From an uncultured bacterium (GTDB lineage: Bacteria > Babelota > Babeliae > Babelales > Babelaceae): a stretch of DNA of 64,000 bases. The notes beneath the pieces were generated by a model. That model was not told the origin of the DNA, searched no databases, and worked only from the letters and a program-made list of their open reading frames with translations. Below are positions 9,842-21,010 of the stretch, in pieces; position 1 is the first letter of the stretch; every line of letters begins with the position of its first letter. A program made the translations under genes and the position numbers. The stretch covers positions 832,001 through 896,000 of the forward strand of contig OY970209.1 in the NCBI GenBank assembly GCA_963713855.1, read 5' to 3'.

Positions 9842-10150
9842 ATGAAAAAACAAAGAATTCGTCTGACCTTTAGATCATTCGATCATCAGTTGCTTGATAA
9901 AGCTATTAAGCAAGTAGTATTAACGGTAAAAAGAACAGGCTCGCATTTAGTGGGTCCTGTTCCTCTACCCAATAAGTTGCGTTGTTTTACGGTTTTGCGT
10001 TCACCTAATATCGATAAAAAATCGCGTGAGCAGTATGAGCTAACAGACCCACAAGCGTTTATTGGATATTGTACTCTCCTTCTGACCAGACAATGGATGC
10101 TCTTATGAAACTTAAGTATTTCTTCTGGCGTAGATGTTGAAATTAAGTAA
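9842..10150 (+). CDS. rpsJ: 30S ribosomal protein S10 (frameshifted in the 3' part)
   Basis: [24 protein letters not shown]; ends GVDVEIK* in another frame. Confidence 0.93.
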
Positions 10151-10164
10151 GGAGAGCGTCATTC

Positions 10165-10789
10165 ATGATTAAAGGGATTTGGGGTAAAAAAGTTGGAATG
10201 ACCCAAGTATTTTCAGAAGATAACCGTGTTATTCCCGTAACCGTGATCGATGTATCAAATTGGGTCGTCACCCAGGTTAAAACTAAAGATCACGACGGTT
10301 ATAGCGCTGTCAAGTTAGGGCATGTGCGCGACGATTATTCCCAGAAAGAGTTTTCTCAAGAATGGCTTAAAGATAGTAAGAAATATTTTAGTGCCATGAA
10401 GGAAGTGCCTATGCACGATGGTGAACACGGGCTACAAGTTGGCCAGTCAGCTGATGTTGCAGCTATTTTGCTTCAGGGTGATAGTGTTGATGTGACGGGC
10501 ATATCGATAGGTCGTGGATTTCAGGGCGGTATGAAACGACATGGTTTTTCCGGTGGGCGTGAAAGCCACGGATCAAAATTGGGTCGTCGTCCCGGATCAT
10601 TAAGCTTTATGAGAAGGCAAGGGCGTGTTCCTAAAGGAAAGCGTATGCCTGGTCATATGGGAGTTGAGCAATGCGTTATGAAAAACCTTAGAGTAGTTAA
10701 GGTCAACCCTCAAGCGCATGTTGTTTTTATAGGTGGATCCGTTCCAGGTAAAACCGGATCTTTGGTATTTGTTTGTAAACGCGGAATAA
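10165..10789 (+). CDS. rplC: 50S ribosomal protein L3
   Basis: [33 protein letters not shown]. The likely true stop TAA at 10787-10789 is out of frame by one base. Confidence 0.92.
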
Positions 10790-10794
10790 GGATT

Positions 10795-11454
10795 ATGGCT
10801 AAACAAAATAAAGCTAAGTCACCCTCACCGGCAGTAGAAGCGAGCCGCGTTGTGTCCTTTGGCGAACTTGACATTTCGCCCACAGACCTGCCTGATGTAG
10901 CGCCTGTTGCATTTGCTAATTACGTGCGTGCGCTTGTGCAAGGTCAACGGCAAGGAACGGTGGCAAGTAAGAGCCGAGGTCAGGTGGCTTTCTCGAACAA
11001 AAAACCGTGGAAGCAAAAAGGAACTGGCCGTGCTCGTGCAGGTAGCCGGCGCTCTCCGTTATGGCGGAAGGGCGGTACCATTTTTGGACCTCAACCACGT
11101 ATACGGGAGCTCAAAGTTGCTCGTGGCACTAAAACTCAGACGCTTGCAAGCTTATTAAAGCAGGGTATCGAACAAGGACGTGTTATAGCATTGGACTTTG
11201 CTTTGAATGAAGGAAAGCCGAGTACATCTAGAGCGGCGATTGCGCTCAAAAACGCACAAGTTGCTCATGAGCGCGTCATTCTTTTTGTCTCGCCTGAGGA
11301 TACAGTAACTCATGCTTCTTTTAGCAATATACCGCATGTGCATATGCTTTTGTTCGATCAACCAAATGCTTATGCGTTAGCCTCTAGTGATTATTGGATC
11401 TTTTTGTCGAAAGATCAGGAAGCTTTTAAGAAAATGGTTAGTTCATGGATTTAA
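10795..11454 (+). CDS. rplD: 50S ribosomal protein L4
   Basis: Own ATG with [33 protein letters not shown]. Confidence 0.93.
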   Translation: MAKQNKAKSPSPAVEASRVVSFGELDISPTDLPDVAPVAFANYVRALVQGQRQGTVASKSRGQVAFSNKKPWKQKGTGRARAGSRRSPLWRKGGTIFGPQPRIRELKVARGTKTQTLASLLKQGIEQGRVIALDFALNEGKPSTSRAAIALKNAQVAHERVILFVSPEDTVTHASFSNIPHVHMLLFDQPNAYALASSDYWIFLSKDQEAFKKMVSSWI

Positions 11455-11771
11455 GTATTTATGATATCATAAAAGGACCTTGGGTAACGCCAAAAGCTTA
11501 TGCACTTAATCAGGCATTAAAGAAATTGGTTCTCGAGGTTCACCGCCAAGCAAACAAGCCGATGGTTGCTGAGGCGCTAAAAAAACTTTTTAATGTAGAA
11601 ACAGAAACTATACGCGTAGTGCTTGTTAAAGGCAAAAGGCGCCGTAGTGGTCGCCATACAACCTTTAGTAAAGATCGCAAAAAAGCGGTCATAACCCTGA
11701 AAGCAGGCTATTCAGCGGATCTTTCGGGATGGTCCTCCGCTCCTGCCGAAAGTGCTCGGCAGTGGGCATGA
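11445..11771 (+). CDS. rplW: 50S ribosomal protein L23
   Basis: YDIIKGP, KKLFNV, KKAVITL; S10 operon position. Confidence 0.92.
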   Translation: MDLSIYDIIKGPWVTPKAYALNQALKKLVLEVHRQANKPMVAEALKKLFNVETETIRVVLVKGKRRRSGRHTTFSKDRKKAVITLKAGYSADLSGWSSAPAESARQWA

Positions 11772-11791
11772 GCTTATAGTATGGAGGTACA

Positions 11792-12608
11792 ATGACTATT
11801 AGAACAAGAAAACCTGAAAACGCGTCTCTGCGCTTTCAAACATTCGTTGATACAAGTGATATAACAAAAAAGACTCCAGAACGCCGCTTGGTAAAAGGTA
11901 TTCGTAAAAGCGGTGGCCGTAATGCATTTGGTCGCATGACGGTGCGTGGTCGTGGTGGAGGTGCTCCGCGTAAATATCGTATTATAGATTTTGCCGTGTG
12001 GAACGTGATGTTCCTGGTAGGGTGACGACAATGGAATATGATCCTAATCGTAACGTGCGCATAGGACTTGTTGCATATCGTAATGGTGCAAAGCATTATA
12101 TGCTTATTCCATTAGGGATATCTAGTAGGCTCGACCGTTATAGCTGGTCGTGAGATGGAGCCACGTGAAGGTAATAGTTTACCGTTGCGCAATATACCCC
12201 TCGGCTTTACGGTACATAATGTTGAAACTACGCCCGGATCAGGTGGAAAACTAGCGCGTAGTGCGGGAACTGGTATACAGCTTACTGCTAAAGAAGATGA
12301 TTACGCTATATTGAAAATGCCATCGGGTGAGATACGAAAAGTACACCTTGATATGCTGGGCGACGGTTGGCACTTTAGGAAATCCCGATTACAAAAATAT
12401 TACTTGGGGCAAGGCTGGTCGTTCACGGTATTTGGGTAAAAGGCCATTGACCCGTGGTATTGCGAAGAACCCAATTGACCACCCACTTGGTGGTGGTGAA
12501 GGACGCTCTAAGTCTGGTAAACATCCTCAATCTCCGACAGGTAAAGGAAGTAAGGGTACTAAGACAAGACGTCGTGAAAGTGCATTGATTATTAAGAGAA
12601 GAAAATAA
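11792..12608 (+). CDS. rplB: 50S ribosomal protein L2 (frameshifted)
   Basis: [37 protein letters not shown] across three or more frames. Confidence 0.94.
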
Positions 12609-12628
12609 AAACATTGAGGTAAGAAAGG

Positions 12629-12916
12629 ATGGCTCGATCTGCTAAAAAAGGACCGTATGTCCAAGATTCTTTAAAAGGCAAAATTCAGCGTATTAAGACG
12701 AGCGGTAAACGCGAAGTTATTAAAACCTGGTCACGGGGCAGTATGGTTACTCCTGAATTTGTGGGCTTGACGTTTGCTGTACATGATGGAAAACGCTTTA
12801 TACAAGTGTATATTACTGAAAACATGGTTGGGCACCGCCTTGGTGAGTTTGCTCCTACAAGAACGTTTAGAATGCATAGTGGCCAACGAAAAGCTGCTAC
12901 TGCTGCGACGACCTAA
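12629..12916 (+). CDS. rpsS: 30S ribosomal protein S19
   Basis: [27 protein letters not shown]. Confidence 0.97.
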   Translation: MARSAKKGPYVQDSLKGKIQRIKTSGKREVIKTWSRGSMVTPEFVGLTFAVHDGKRFIQVYITENMVGHRLGEFAPTRTFRMHSGQRKAATAATT

Positions 12917-12985
12917 AGGTGCAAGGTTTGCCGAAGGTGGCACATTATGTATATAATGAGCACTATGGTAAAATAAAGGTTTGCT

Positions 12986-13348
12986 ATGGATTTTGTTGCG
13001 AAAGCTTTGTATATTCCCTATTCTCCGTATAAGTTAAGACCTCTTGCAAGCGTGATGCGCGGAAAGAGGTCGGTTTTGTATGCCCTGCAGGTGGCTTAAC
13101 GTGTATAAAAGTAAGCGTTCCGTACCTCTAAAAAAAGCACTTGAATCGGCGGTTGCTAATGCGCGTAATTTAAAAAATCTTGATCCTCAGGAACTTCTGA
13201 TTAAAGAGATTTGTGTTGACCAAGGTCCTATTCATCGCTATTTCAAGCCCGGAGCGTATGGGACGAGCTAATGTTCAGACGCAAGAGGATCTTGTCACAT
13301 TACCGTTAAGCTTGTTGAGGCCCAAAGTAAAGAAGGATCCAAACATAA
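12986..13348 (+). CDS. rplV: 50S ribosomal protein L22 (frameshifted; end approximate)
   Basis: MDFVAKALYIPYSPYKLR..., KALESAVANA, VDQGP, CHITVKL. Confidence 0.88.
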
Positions 13349-13358
13349 AGGAATGACC

Positions 13359-14003
13359 GTGGGACAAAAGGTTAACCCAATCAGTTTTCGTCTTGGTGTG
13401 TATCGCACCTGGAATTCGCGCTGGTTTCCGCGTAGTGCGGCAAAGTATGCGCAGAATTTTTTTGAAGACATAGAAATTCGCGATTTTTTCCAAAAGAATT
13501 TTTCCGGGGCGCAAATTGACGATATAATCATCGAAAAGACGGATGACTTTCTGCGTATTACTCTCCATGCTGCTCACCCAGGTGTGCTTATTGGAAAAAA
13601 AGGCTCCGAGATGGAAGCTATTAAAAAACGGCTTGCTGACCGTTTAGGTAGATCAAACGTAGAAGTGTCAGTGCAGGAAGTTAAAATGCCTGATATTTCT
13701 GCTTTTTTGGTTGCCAAAAGTATAGCTGAGCAGCTTGAAAGAAGAGGAAGCCACAAAAAGGCTATGAAGAAGGCGGCTTCTAGCGCTATGCGTTCTGGAG
13801 CTGAGGGAATTAAGATCCAAGTTAGGGGTCGCGTTGGTGGAGCAGAAATTGCTCGTGCTGAAAAGCTTTTTATAGGTAGAGTACCTCTTCATACTTTGCG
13901 CCAAGATATAGATTACGGTTTTTGTGAAGCCCAGACTACGTTTGGAAAGATCGGCGTTAAGGTGTGGATTAGCAAGGGCGTATATAGAGCTGTCAAAGAT
14001 TAG
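13359..14003 (+). CDS. rpsC: 30S ribosomal protein S3
   Basis: GTG start then [36 protein letters not shown]. Confidence 0.96.
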   Translation: MGQKVNPISFRLGVYRTWNSRWFPRSAAKYAQNFFEDIEIRDFFQKNFSGAQIDDIIIEKTDDFLRITLHAAHPGVLIGKKGSEMEAIKKRLADRLGRSNVEVSVQEVKMPDISAFLVAKSIAEQLERRGSHKKAMKKAASSAMRSGAEGIKIQVRGRVGGAEIARAEKLFIGRVPLHTLRQDIDYGFCEAQTTFGKIGVKVWISKGVYRAVKD

Positions 14004-14014
14004 CGAGGTACACC

Positions 14015-14457
14015 ATGTTAATGCCAAGAAAAATGAGATACCGCAAAGTACAAAGGGGCACTAGAGCAGGTCGCTCTAAAGGTGCTCGTACTGTTATTTT
14101 TGGCGAGTACGGTTTACAGGCCGTTGAGCCCGTTTGGCTAACAGCCAAACAAATAGAGGCTATGAGGGTTACTATCACTCGTAAGCTCAAGAAAATAGGA
14201 AAGCTCTTTTTGCGAGTGTTTCCTGATAAGCCTATAAGTAAAAAGCCTGCTGAGACCCGGATGGGTAAAGGTAAGGGAGCGGTTGAAGAATGGGTAGCTG
14301 TTGTCAAGCGCGATAGAATAATTTGTGAAGTAGCTGGTCTTGATGAGCGACAGCAAAACAAGTGCTTCGGTCTGCGACCTATAAGCTTCCTATGAAGACC
14401 CGAATTGTTAAGATTGAAAAGCAAGAATCACCAGAAGCTGCAACGGGAGTCTCATGA
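14015..14457 (+). CDS. rplP: 50S ribosomal protein L16 (frameshift near 14350)
   Basis: [37 protein letters not shown] in another frame. Confidence 0.94.
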
Positions 14458-14667
14458 AAATTAAAACGGTGAAAAGCGAGCTTAAGCAGTTGCCTAAGGA
14501 CCAGCTTGAAGTTGAAGTTAGACGAATTGCGACGCGAACTTTTAACTCTCCGGTTGCAGTCAGCTACGTCAAATGTAAAGTCGTTTCCTTCGCAAAAAGG
14601 GAAATTAAGGTACGCAATTGCGTGTGGTTTAACATTCTTAAAACAAAAGAAAGCGTCCAAAGCATAA
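14454..14667 (+). CDS. rpmC: 50S ribosomal protein L29 (frameshifted)
   Basis: Position between rplP and rpsQ; SELKQL...DELRREL..LRLQ pieces in different frames. Confidence 0.75.
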
Positions 14668-14677
14668 TTGAGTTATT

Positions 14678-14971
14678 ATGGTAGAACAACAAAAGACACA
14701 AGTTTCTGAGGCTAAACCAATAAAGCGCGCGCTTACGGGCAAGGTTGTTTCAGATAAAATGAATAAGACGATTGTCGTCCGCGTAGAGAGAACTTATTTG
14801 CATCCTCGATGGAACAAGGTAGTTCGCTCAAGTAAAAGTTATAAGGTTCATGACGAAACCGCTCAAGCTCGTAAGGGTGATATCGTCAAGATTTATGAGG
14901 GACGTCCACAATCAAAGACTAAATATATGTACTTAGATGCTATTATTCAGTCTTCGGGACAGAAAGTATAA
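14678..14971 (+). CDS. rpsQ: 30S ribosomal protein S17
   Basis: GKVVSDKMNKTIVV, HDE, GDIVKI.E.RP.SKTK. Confidence 0.96.
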   Translation: MVEQQKTQVSEAKPIKRALTGKVVSDKMNKTIVVRVERTYLHPRWNKVVRSSKSYKVHDETAQARKGDIVKIYEGRPQSKTKYMYLDAIIQSSGQKV

Positions 14972-14983
14972 AAAGAGGTTATT

Positions 14984-15355
14984 ATGATTCAAAAGGAATC
15001 ATACTTAGAAGTTGGCGATAATTCGGGAGCAAAAGTTTTAAAGTGTATTCACCTTGTAGGAAGTACGCGTAAAAGATATGGCTACATTGGTGACATTATT
15101 CGTTGTTCGGTTAAAGTTGCTGCTCCTGGAGGCCAAGTTAAAAAGGGTGACGTGGTAACAGCGGTTATCGTTCGCACAGCAAAGGAATTTCGTCGCGAGG
15201 ATGGCAGCTATATTCGCTTTAGCGAAAATGCTGCAGTGCTTATTAAATCGGTAGACGATACAACCCCTTTAGGCACGCGTATTTTTGGCCCTATTGCACG
15301 CGAAATTAAAGCGATGAGTGCAAAGATTCCTTCGTTAGCACCAGAAGTATTCTAG
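14984..15355 (+). CDS. rplN: 50S ribosomal protein L14
   Basis: MIQ..S.L.V.DNSGAK, GTRIFGP.ARE, SLAPEV. Confidence 0.97.
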   Translation: MIQKESYLEVGDNSGAKVLKCIHLVGSTRKRYGYIGDIIRCSVKVAAPGGQVKKGDVVTAVIVRTAKEFRREDGSYIRFSENAAVLIKSVDDTTPLGTRIFGPIAREIKAMSAKIPSLAPEVF

Positions 15356-15368
15356 GGAAGGATATACA

Positions 15369-15683
15369 ATGGCACGTATTAAAAAGAATGACACAGTGTG
15401 GGTTTTAAGAGGTAAAGAAAAAGGCAAACGCGGTACGGTATTGGTTGTTGACCCCAAAGCGGGCACGATCCTTGTAAAAGGTGTCAACATGGCAGTACAT
15501 CACGTAAAGCGAACGCAAGGCAAAGAAGGCGCTGGTCTTCGTCGTGAAGAAGCGTTTTTAGATGCATCTAAGGTTATGCCTGTATGCGTATCGTGTGATA
15601 AGCCTTGCCGAGTCAACTTTACTCTTTCTACCGAAAAGGCTGAGAAAGCACGTACGTGCAATCGATGCCAAGCAACATTTTAA
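15369..15683 (+). CDS. rplX: 50S ribosomal protein L24
   Basis: IKKNDTV.V..GKEKGKRG KOW motif; CxxC...CxxC at the C-terminus. Confidence 0.94.
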   Translation: MARIKKNDTVWVLRGKEKGKRGTVLVVDPKAGTILVKGVNMAVHHVKRTQGKEGAGLRREEAFLDASKVMPVCVSCDKPCRVNFTLSTEKAEKARTCNRCQATF

Positions 15684-15696
15684 AAGGATATAAGGT

Positions 15697-16241
15697 ATGG
15701 CAAAGGCTCGCTTGGAAAAGCTTTACGTAGATGATATTCGCCCACGCATACAGAAAGAACTTAAGCTTAACAATGTTATGGAAACACCTAAGATTTCGAA
15801 AATTGTCCTTAACGTAGGTGTTAAAGAAGCTGTGGCTGATAGCAGAGCTTTACAGCACGTTGCTCAGATACTTGCGTCAATAGCAGGTCAAGCTCCCGTA
15901 AAAACGCTCGCTAAAAAATCTATTGCAGGTTTTAAAATTAGAGAAGGCATGCAGCTTGGTGTACGAGTGACATTGCGTCGTCAAGCAATGTATGCTTTTC
16001 TTGATAAGTTGGTAAATCTTGCGCTTCCTAAAGTACGTGACTTCCATGGAGTGCCTTTAAAGCTAGATGGTCGAGGTAACTATAATTTAGGTATTAAGGA
16101 TTGTACGATTTTTCCAGAGACCGAATCCTTCCGGCTGATAAGTCTTATGGTATGAATATTACTATTCATACAACAGCGCATACAGATGAGCATGGCCGAG
16201 AGCTTCTTAAAGGTTTTGGTATGCCGTTTCGTAAATCATAA
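15697..16241 (+). CDS. rplE: 50S ribosomal protein L5 (frameshift near 16130)
   Basis: [43 protein letters not shown]...GMPFRK* in another frame. Confidence 0.94.
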
Positions 16242-16256
16242 AAACAAGGAAGATTC

Positions 16257-16443
16257 ATGGCTCGTAAGGCGCTTGTAGAAAAAACCAAAGGAACACCGAA
16301 GTTTAGTGTTAGGCATAGAAATCGCTGCAAATTGTGCGGTAGACCGCGTGGATACATGAGACTTTTTCAAAATCTGCCGTCTTTGTTTTCGCCATCATGC
16401 TTCTTTTGGAAATTTAACCGGTGTTAAGAAAACAAGCTGGTAA
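16257..16443 (+). CDS. rpsZ: 30S ribosomal protein S14, short zinc-binding type (one-base frameshift near 16368)
   Basis: MARKALVEK...RNRCKLCGRPRGY...ICRLCFR...GVKKTSW*. Confidence 0.9.
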
Positions 16444-16463
16444 GTAAATAAGAGGGTTTTTAA

Positions 16464-16846
16464 ATGTCCAGTTGATTCTATTGGCGATTTTTTGACAATA
16501 CTACGTAATGGGGTAAAAGCTTCACATTCCTTTGTGACAGCGCCTTATTCACGCATACGTCAAAACATTGCACAGATTTTAAAAGATGAGGGCTTTATTA
16601 GGGACTTTGCCGTTGAGGAAGGTTCTATTAAAGTATTTTTGAAGTACGTAGAGGGTGAATCCGTCATTCATGAAATTAAACGTATGAGTAAGCCTGGGCG
16701 TAGGCGCTATGAGGGCTATAAAAACCTTGAACCAGTTATTGGTGGATTGGGTATTTCAATCATTACCACAAGTCAGGGTGTTATAACCGATAGAGAGGCT
16801 CGTCAAAAATGCTGTTGGTGGCGAAGTTATCTGTACTGTCTGGTAA
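16464..16846 (+). CDS. rpsH: 30S ribosomal protein S8 (frameshifted)
   Basis: DSIGDFLTILRNG, ILKDEGFI, SKPGRR.Y, GLGISIITTSQG, GGEVICTVW*. Confidence 0.93.
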
Positions 16847-16857
16847 AGGTTGTAACT

Positions 16858-17398
16858 ATGTCAAAGATTGGAAGAAGACCCATTGATCTTTCGAGTACTC
16901 AGGTAGAAGTTAAAGGCAATGAGGTTCATATCAAAGGCAAAAAAGCTTCTGGGGTTCATATTTTGCCGCACGAACTTAAAGCAGAGGTCGTCAATAAGCA
17001 ACTGTTTAACCTTAGCTCGTCTCCTTCTAAAAGGGGTAAGGAGCAATGGGGGCTTCATAGAGCTTTACTAGCAAATGAAGTTAAAGGCGCTGATCAAGGT
17101 TTTGAAAAGCAATTAAGGATTGTGGGACTTAGGTTTTAAAGCTGCTACAGTAGGCAAAAGCTTCAATTTTCATTGGGCTTTAGCCATAAGATAGATTTTA
17201 GCCTTCCTGCTGGGGTAACGGTTGAGATTGATAAAACAGGCCAGCTTTTGACGTTCAAGTCCTCCAATAAAGAGCTTCTTGGTCTAGTATGCGGTCAAAT
17301 TAGAGCTTTAAGACCGCCTGAGCCTTATAAAGGCACAGGTATTCAGTACACAACAGAAGTTATACTAAGTAAACCAGGTAAAGACGAAATCTGCGTAA
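16858..17398 (+). CDS. rplF: 50S ribosomal protein L6 (frameshifted)
   Basis: MSKIGRRPI, GLHRALLAN, LGFSH, RPPEPYKGTGI. Confidence 0.93.
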
Positions 17399-17417
17399 TA
17401 AGTAATGGAGTAAGACT

Positions 17418-17768
17418 GTGTCTTTAATGAGAAAGATTAAGCATCGTGTGCAACGAAGAGAAATGAGAGTTCGTCAGCGTATTTCTTATGATCGTCCTCG
17501 TGTTTCTGTATTTCGTAGTTTGCATCACGTTTATGCACAGATTATTGATGATAATGAATCTAAGACACTAGCGAGTGCTTCTTCGTTAGAGCTTGACACG
17601 TTAAAGGGCGATAAAAAGAAAGTTGCGCATGCTGTTGGCTTAGAGCTTGCAAAAAGAGCTCAGAAAAAGGGCATTAGCGCTGTAGCTTTTGATCGTGGTT
17701 CCTTTAAGTTTCATGGCCGTGTGAAGGCTTTGGCGGATGGGCTACGTGAAGGTGGACTTGAGTTTTAA
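17418..17768 (+). CDS. rplR: 50S ribosomal protein L18
   Basis: RPRVSVFRS..H.YAQIIDD, FDRG.FKFHGRVKALAD..REGGLEF. Confidence 0.96.
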   Translation: MSLMRKIKHRVQRREMRVRQRISYDRPRVSVFRSLHHVYAQIIDDNESKTLASASSLELDTLKGDKKKVAHAVGLELAKRAQKKGISAVAFDRGSFKFHGRVKALADGLREGGLEF

Positions 17769-17785
17769 CTAAATGGGATAAAATA

Positions 17786-18292
17786 ATGGCAGAAAAAACA
17801 TTTGTTGACACCGTCGTTAGTGTAAACCGTGTCACAAAGGTAACGCAGGGAGGAAAACGTTTTTCGTTCTCGGCATTTGTAGTATCAGGAAACCAACAGG
17901 GTAACGTTGGTATTGGACTGGGAAAAAGTAGAGAAGTTTCTTCTGCTATTGCAAAAGCAACCGCCCTTGCAAGAAAAAACCTTATAAAAATATCATTACG
18001 CGGGAATACGGTCCCTTACGAAGTAACAGGTAGCCATTGCGCAACAGAAGTTATTATACGCCCTGCATGTAAGGGAACTGGGCTTATTGCCGGTGGTTCT
18101 GTCCGAGCAGTTATGAAGGCCTTAGGAGTTACTGATGTCCTTGCAAAGACCGTGGGTCCTTCTCGTTGCGGTCAGAATGTGGTTAAAGCGACGTTGAATG
18201 CTTTGGCGCAATGTCGAAATGCTGAGCATTTGGCAAAACTGAGGGGAAAAACAATTAAAGAAATTGCAAGGGGATGCCATGTTAAAGCTTAA
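17786..18292 (+). CDS. rpsE: 30S ribosomal protein S5
   Basis: NRVTKVTQGGKRFSFSA, GTGLIAGG, NVVKAT. Confidence 0.96.
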   Translation: MAEKTFVDTVVSVNRVTKVTQGGKRFSFSAFVVSGNQQGNVGIGLGKSREVSSAIAKATALARKNLIKISLRGNTVPYEVTGSHCATEVIIRPACKGTGLIAGGSVRAVMKALGVTDVLAKTVGPSRCGQNVVKATLNALAQCRNAEHLAKLRGKTIKEIARGCHVKA

Positions 18293-18713
18293 TAATTTGG
18301 CCTCGGCGGGAAAAAGACGTAAAAGAATAGGACGCGGTGGTGCTCGAGGCGGGACATCCGGTCGTGGTTTTGGTGGTCAAAAGGCACGTACTGGTGCTGG
18401 GGTAGGAGTACTCTTTGAAGGTGGCCAGATGCCTTTAATCCGACGATTACCAAAGCGCGGTTTTTCGAATGCTCGTTTTAAAACACGCTACGTCGTTGTT
18501 TCTCTTGATCGATTAAATACATTGGCAGAAAAAAATCAAACAATAGTTTTTGATTTTGCGGAACCTGTTAAGGTTTTGGGTAGTGGGAAACTTACTAAAA
18601 ATGTGGTAGTCCATGCTCAAGCGTTTAGTGCATCGGCGCGTGAAGCCATCGAACGAGCTGGCGGTAAAGCGTTAATAACGGGCACTGAAGGGCAATCAAA
18701 TAACAATCGATAA
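18279..18713 (+). CDS. rplO: 50S ribosomal protein L15
   Basis: KRIGRG...GRG..GQKAR, FEGGQMPL.RRLPKRGF, FSASA...IE.AGG. Confidence 0.95.
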   Translation: MLKLNNLASAGKRRKRIGRGGARGGTSGRGFGGQKARTGAGVGVLFEGGQMPLIRRLPKRGFSNARFKTRYVVVSLDRLNTLAEKNQTIVFDFAEPVKVLGSGKLTKNVVVHAQAFSASAREAIERAGGKALITGTEGQSNNNR

Positions 18714-18727
18714 GCGAGGGGTAGAGT

Positions 18728-20041
18728 GTGGTTTTGCTGAAGAACTTTAAGAATATCTTCTTAATTCCCGAGCTTATGAAGAAACTTGCCTTCACCTTGG
18801 GTGTTTTGATTGTATATCGTCTAGGAACTTTTATCCCGGTTATTGGGATTAATATGCCTTTAGTAGCCCAGTACATGAAGGAAACAGGTACACTTGGTGG
18901 GCTTTTAAGTTACCTTGACGTGTTTTCTGCTGGTGCGTTGAGTAGAGCTACTATTTTTGCACTTGGTATCGGTCCTTACATTACAGCGTCTATTATGATG
19001 CAAATGTTAACGATGGCTGTGCCTAAGCTTGAGGCTTTGTCAAAAGAAGGTGATTACGGAAGGCGTATGATCAACCAGTACACGAGGTACCTGGCCTTAG
19101 TGCTTAGTATCGTCTATAGTACCGGTTACGCGACGCTGCTTGAAAATGCTAACTTGGTGCTTACGCCAGGCATAGGCTTTAAGCTTTTGTTTGTTCTTTC
19201 GTTGACCGTTGGTTCGATGTTTGTTATGTGGCTTGGCGAACAGATATCCTTGATGGGTATAGGTAACGGAAGTTCGCTTATTATCTTTGCGGGTATTATT
19301 TCACGTATTCCGGATGACATTATTAAAACGCTCAACTGGGTAACTATGGGTAATATAAGCAGTGTTACCGGTATTATTTTACTCTTAGTGTTTTTGGCTT
19401 TAGCGGCCTGTGTAGTATTCTTGGAAAAAGCGGACCGAAAAATACCAATTCAGTACACGAGACGGGTCATTGGGCAACGAGTCTATGGTGGTCAGACGAC
19501 CTATATTCCGTTTAAGGTTAACCCAACTGGTGTAATGCCAGCGATTTTGTCGCAGTCTGTTTTGTATGTGCCTTTGTTTGCGGCTTCCATGTTTGCGGAG
19601 AGGTATGCGATTTTTAGGAACATAACACAGGTGCTTTCGACAAATGGCCTTGTATACAATATCCTCGAGTTTGCGCTTATTGTGTTCTTTACTTTCTTTT
19701 ATACAGCACTGCTTTTTAATGCGCAGGATCTTTCTGATCAGCTTAAAAAGAGTGGAGGGTTCATTCCTATGATCCGGCCAGGTAAGCAAACGGCAGACTA
19801 CTTTGACTATGTGTTAACACGAATCGCGTTTGTCGGTGCTTTATATCTTGGTTTTTTGGCTATAGCTCCAAACTCGTTGATAGCTGCTTTAAGAGCTCCA
19901 ATATCGTTAAATGGTACTTCTCTTCTTATTCTTGTGGGCGTTGCTCTTGAAACGGCTGCTCAGATAGAATCGTACCTTATTGAGCACAAATATGAAGGGT
20001 TTTTGAGGGTCGGTCGCTTAAAAACAAGGTCTGCGCGTTAG
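18728..20041 (+). CDS. secY: preprotein translocase subunit SecY
   Basis: IFALGIGPYITASI, WLGEQI...GIGNGSSLIIF, GGFIP.IRPG, GTSLLI.VGV. Confidence 0.97.
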   Translation: MVLLKNFKNIFLIPELMKKLAFTLGVLIVYRLGTFIPVIGINMPLVAQYMKETGTLGGLLSYLDVFSAGALSRATIFALGIGPYITASIMMQMLTMAVPKLEALSKEGDYGRRMINQYTRYLALVLSIVYSTGYATLLENANLVLTPGIGFKLLFVLSLTVGSMFVMWLGEQISLMGIGNGSSLIIFAGIISRIPDDIIKTLNWVTMGNISSVTGIILLLVFLALAACVVFLEKADRKIPIQYTRRVIGQRVYGGQTTYIPFKVNPTGVMPAILSQSVLYVPLFAASMFAERYAIFRNITQVLSTNGLVYNILEFALIVFFTFFYTALLFNAQDLSDQLKKSGGFIPMIRPGKQTADYFDYVLTRIAFVGALYLGFLAIAPNSLIAALRAPISLNGTSLLILVGVALETAAQIESYLIEHKYEGFLRVGRLKTRSAR

Positions 20042-20232
20042 GGGAAAAGCGTATAATAGCTCGGTATAAGACAAACAGATAGATTTTACTTAAAAATATG
20101 ATAAAATTATAGCTGAAAGTCTCATTACTCTCGTGATTGTACCGCACATTCGTGTTTTTCGGAATGGGAGAAATTGGTTCCCTTGCATCTTAAAATGCGA
20201 GGGAATGCTTGCTTAAAAAAGATAGCTTTGCG

Positions 20233-21006
20233 ATGACGGATACTGGAAAAATGATAATCCTCAAGGACAAACGCGCTTATGAAAAGATGACCGTAGCTGG
20301 TCAGCTTTTGGCCAGGCTGTTTGATCAGCTTTCAAAAATACTTGAGGCTGGTATGACTACTCTTGATGTGGATTCGAGTATAGCTTCATTTTTGAAAGAG
20401 AACGCGTTGGTTTCTCAATCTCAAGGATATAACGGGTATCGTCATGTAAGTTGTGTATCGGTTAATGACGAGGTGGTGCACGGTATTCCCAGTGCCAAGA
20501 CTGTTTTAAAGCAGGGTGACCTTATTAAAGTGGATATTTGTGCAGCTTTTAAGGGTTATTGCGCTGATATGGCGCGCTGTTTTTTTGTTGGCAGTTCGAG
20601 TACTCTGGAGGCGCAAAAGCTTGTTGATGTAGCACGAAGTGCGTTGGACAAGGGTATAGCTAAGGCAGTTCCTGGTGGAAGGCTTGGCGACATTTCTGCT
20701 GCTATTCAAGAGGAAGTTGAAAGGCATGGGTTTGGGGTTGTTCGTGATTTTGCAGGGCATGGTATTGGAAGCTCGATGCATGAAGAGCCAGAGATTCTTA
20801 ATTATGGAAAGCATGGGCATGGACCGCTTTTGCATGCTGGCATGGCTTTTGCTATAGAGCCTATGATTACCCAAGGGCATTATGGTGTTTACGTGAAAGC
20901 GGATGGATGGACGGCGGTTACTAGGGATGGTAGTTTAGCTGCCCACGTTGAAGATACCGTTTTTATTACTGAAAAGGGTCCACACATTATAACTAGGTTG
21001 TTGTGA
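20233..21006 (+). CDS. map: type I methionine aminopeptidase
   Basis: [35 protein letters not shown]. Start could be 20233 or 20251. Confidence 0.96.
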   Translation: MTDTGKMIILKDKRAYEKMTVAGQLLARLFDQLSKILEAGMTTLDVDSSIASFLKENALVSQSQGYNGYRHVSCVSVNDEVVHGIPSAKTVLKQGDLIKVDICAAFKGYCADMARCFFVGSSSTLEAQKLVDVARSALDKGIAKAVPGGRLGDISAAIQEEVERHGFGVVRDFAGHGIGSSMHEEPEILNYGKHGHGPLLHAGMAFAIEPMITQGHYGVYVKADGWTAVTRDGSLAAHVEDTVFITEKGPHIITRLL

Positions 21007-21010
21007 AGAT

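Noticed and set aside
10165..11454. Apparent L3-L4 fusion protein (429-aa ORF)
   Set aside because: The junction reads CGC GGA A TAA GGATT ATG. Removing one A gives a normal rplC stop, and rplD has its own RBS and ATG. It lies in the indel-rich block.
13300..13360. L22 C-terminus running in frame into S3
   Set aside because: An out-of-frame TAA followed by an AGGA RBS precedes the S3 start, so this is most likely another one-base indel.
16492..17139. Apparent S8-L6 fusion ORF
   Set aside because: The true S8 end (GGEVICTVW*) is in another frame and L6 has its own ATG at 16858.
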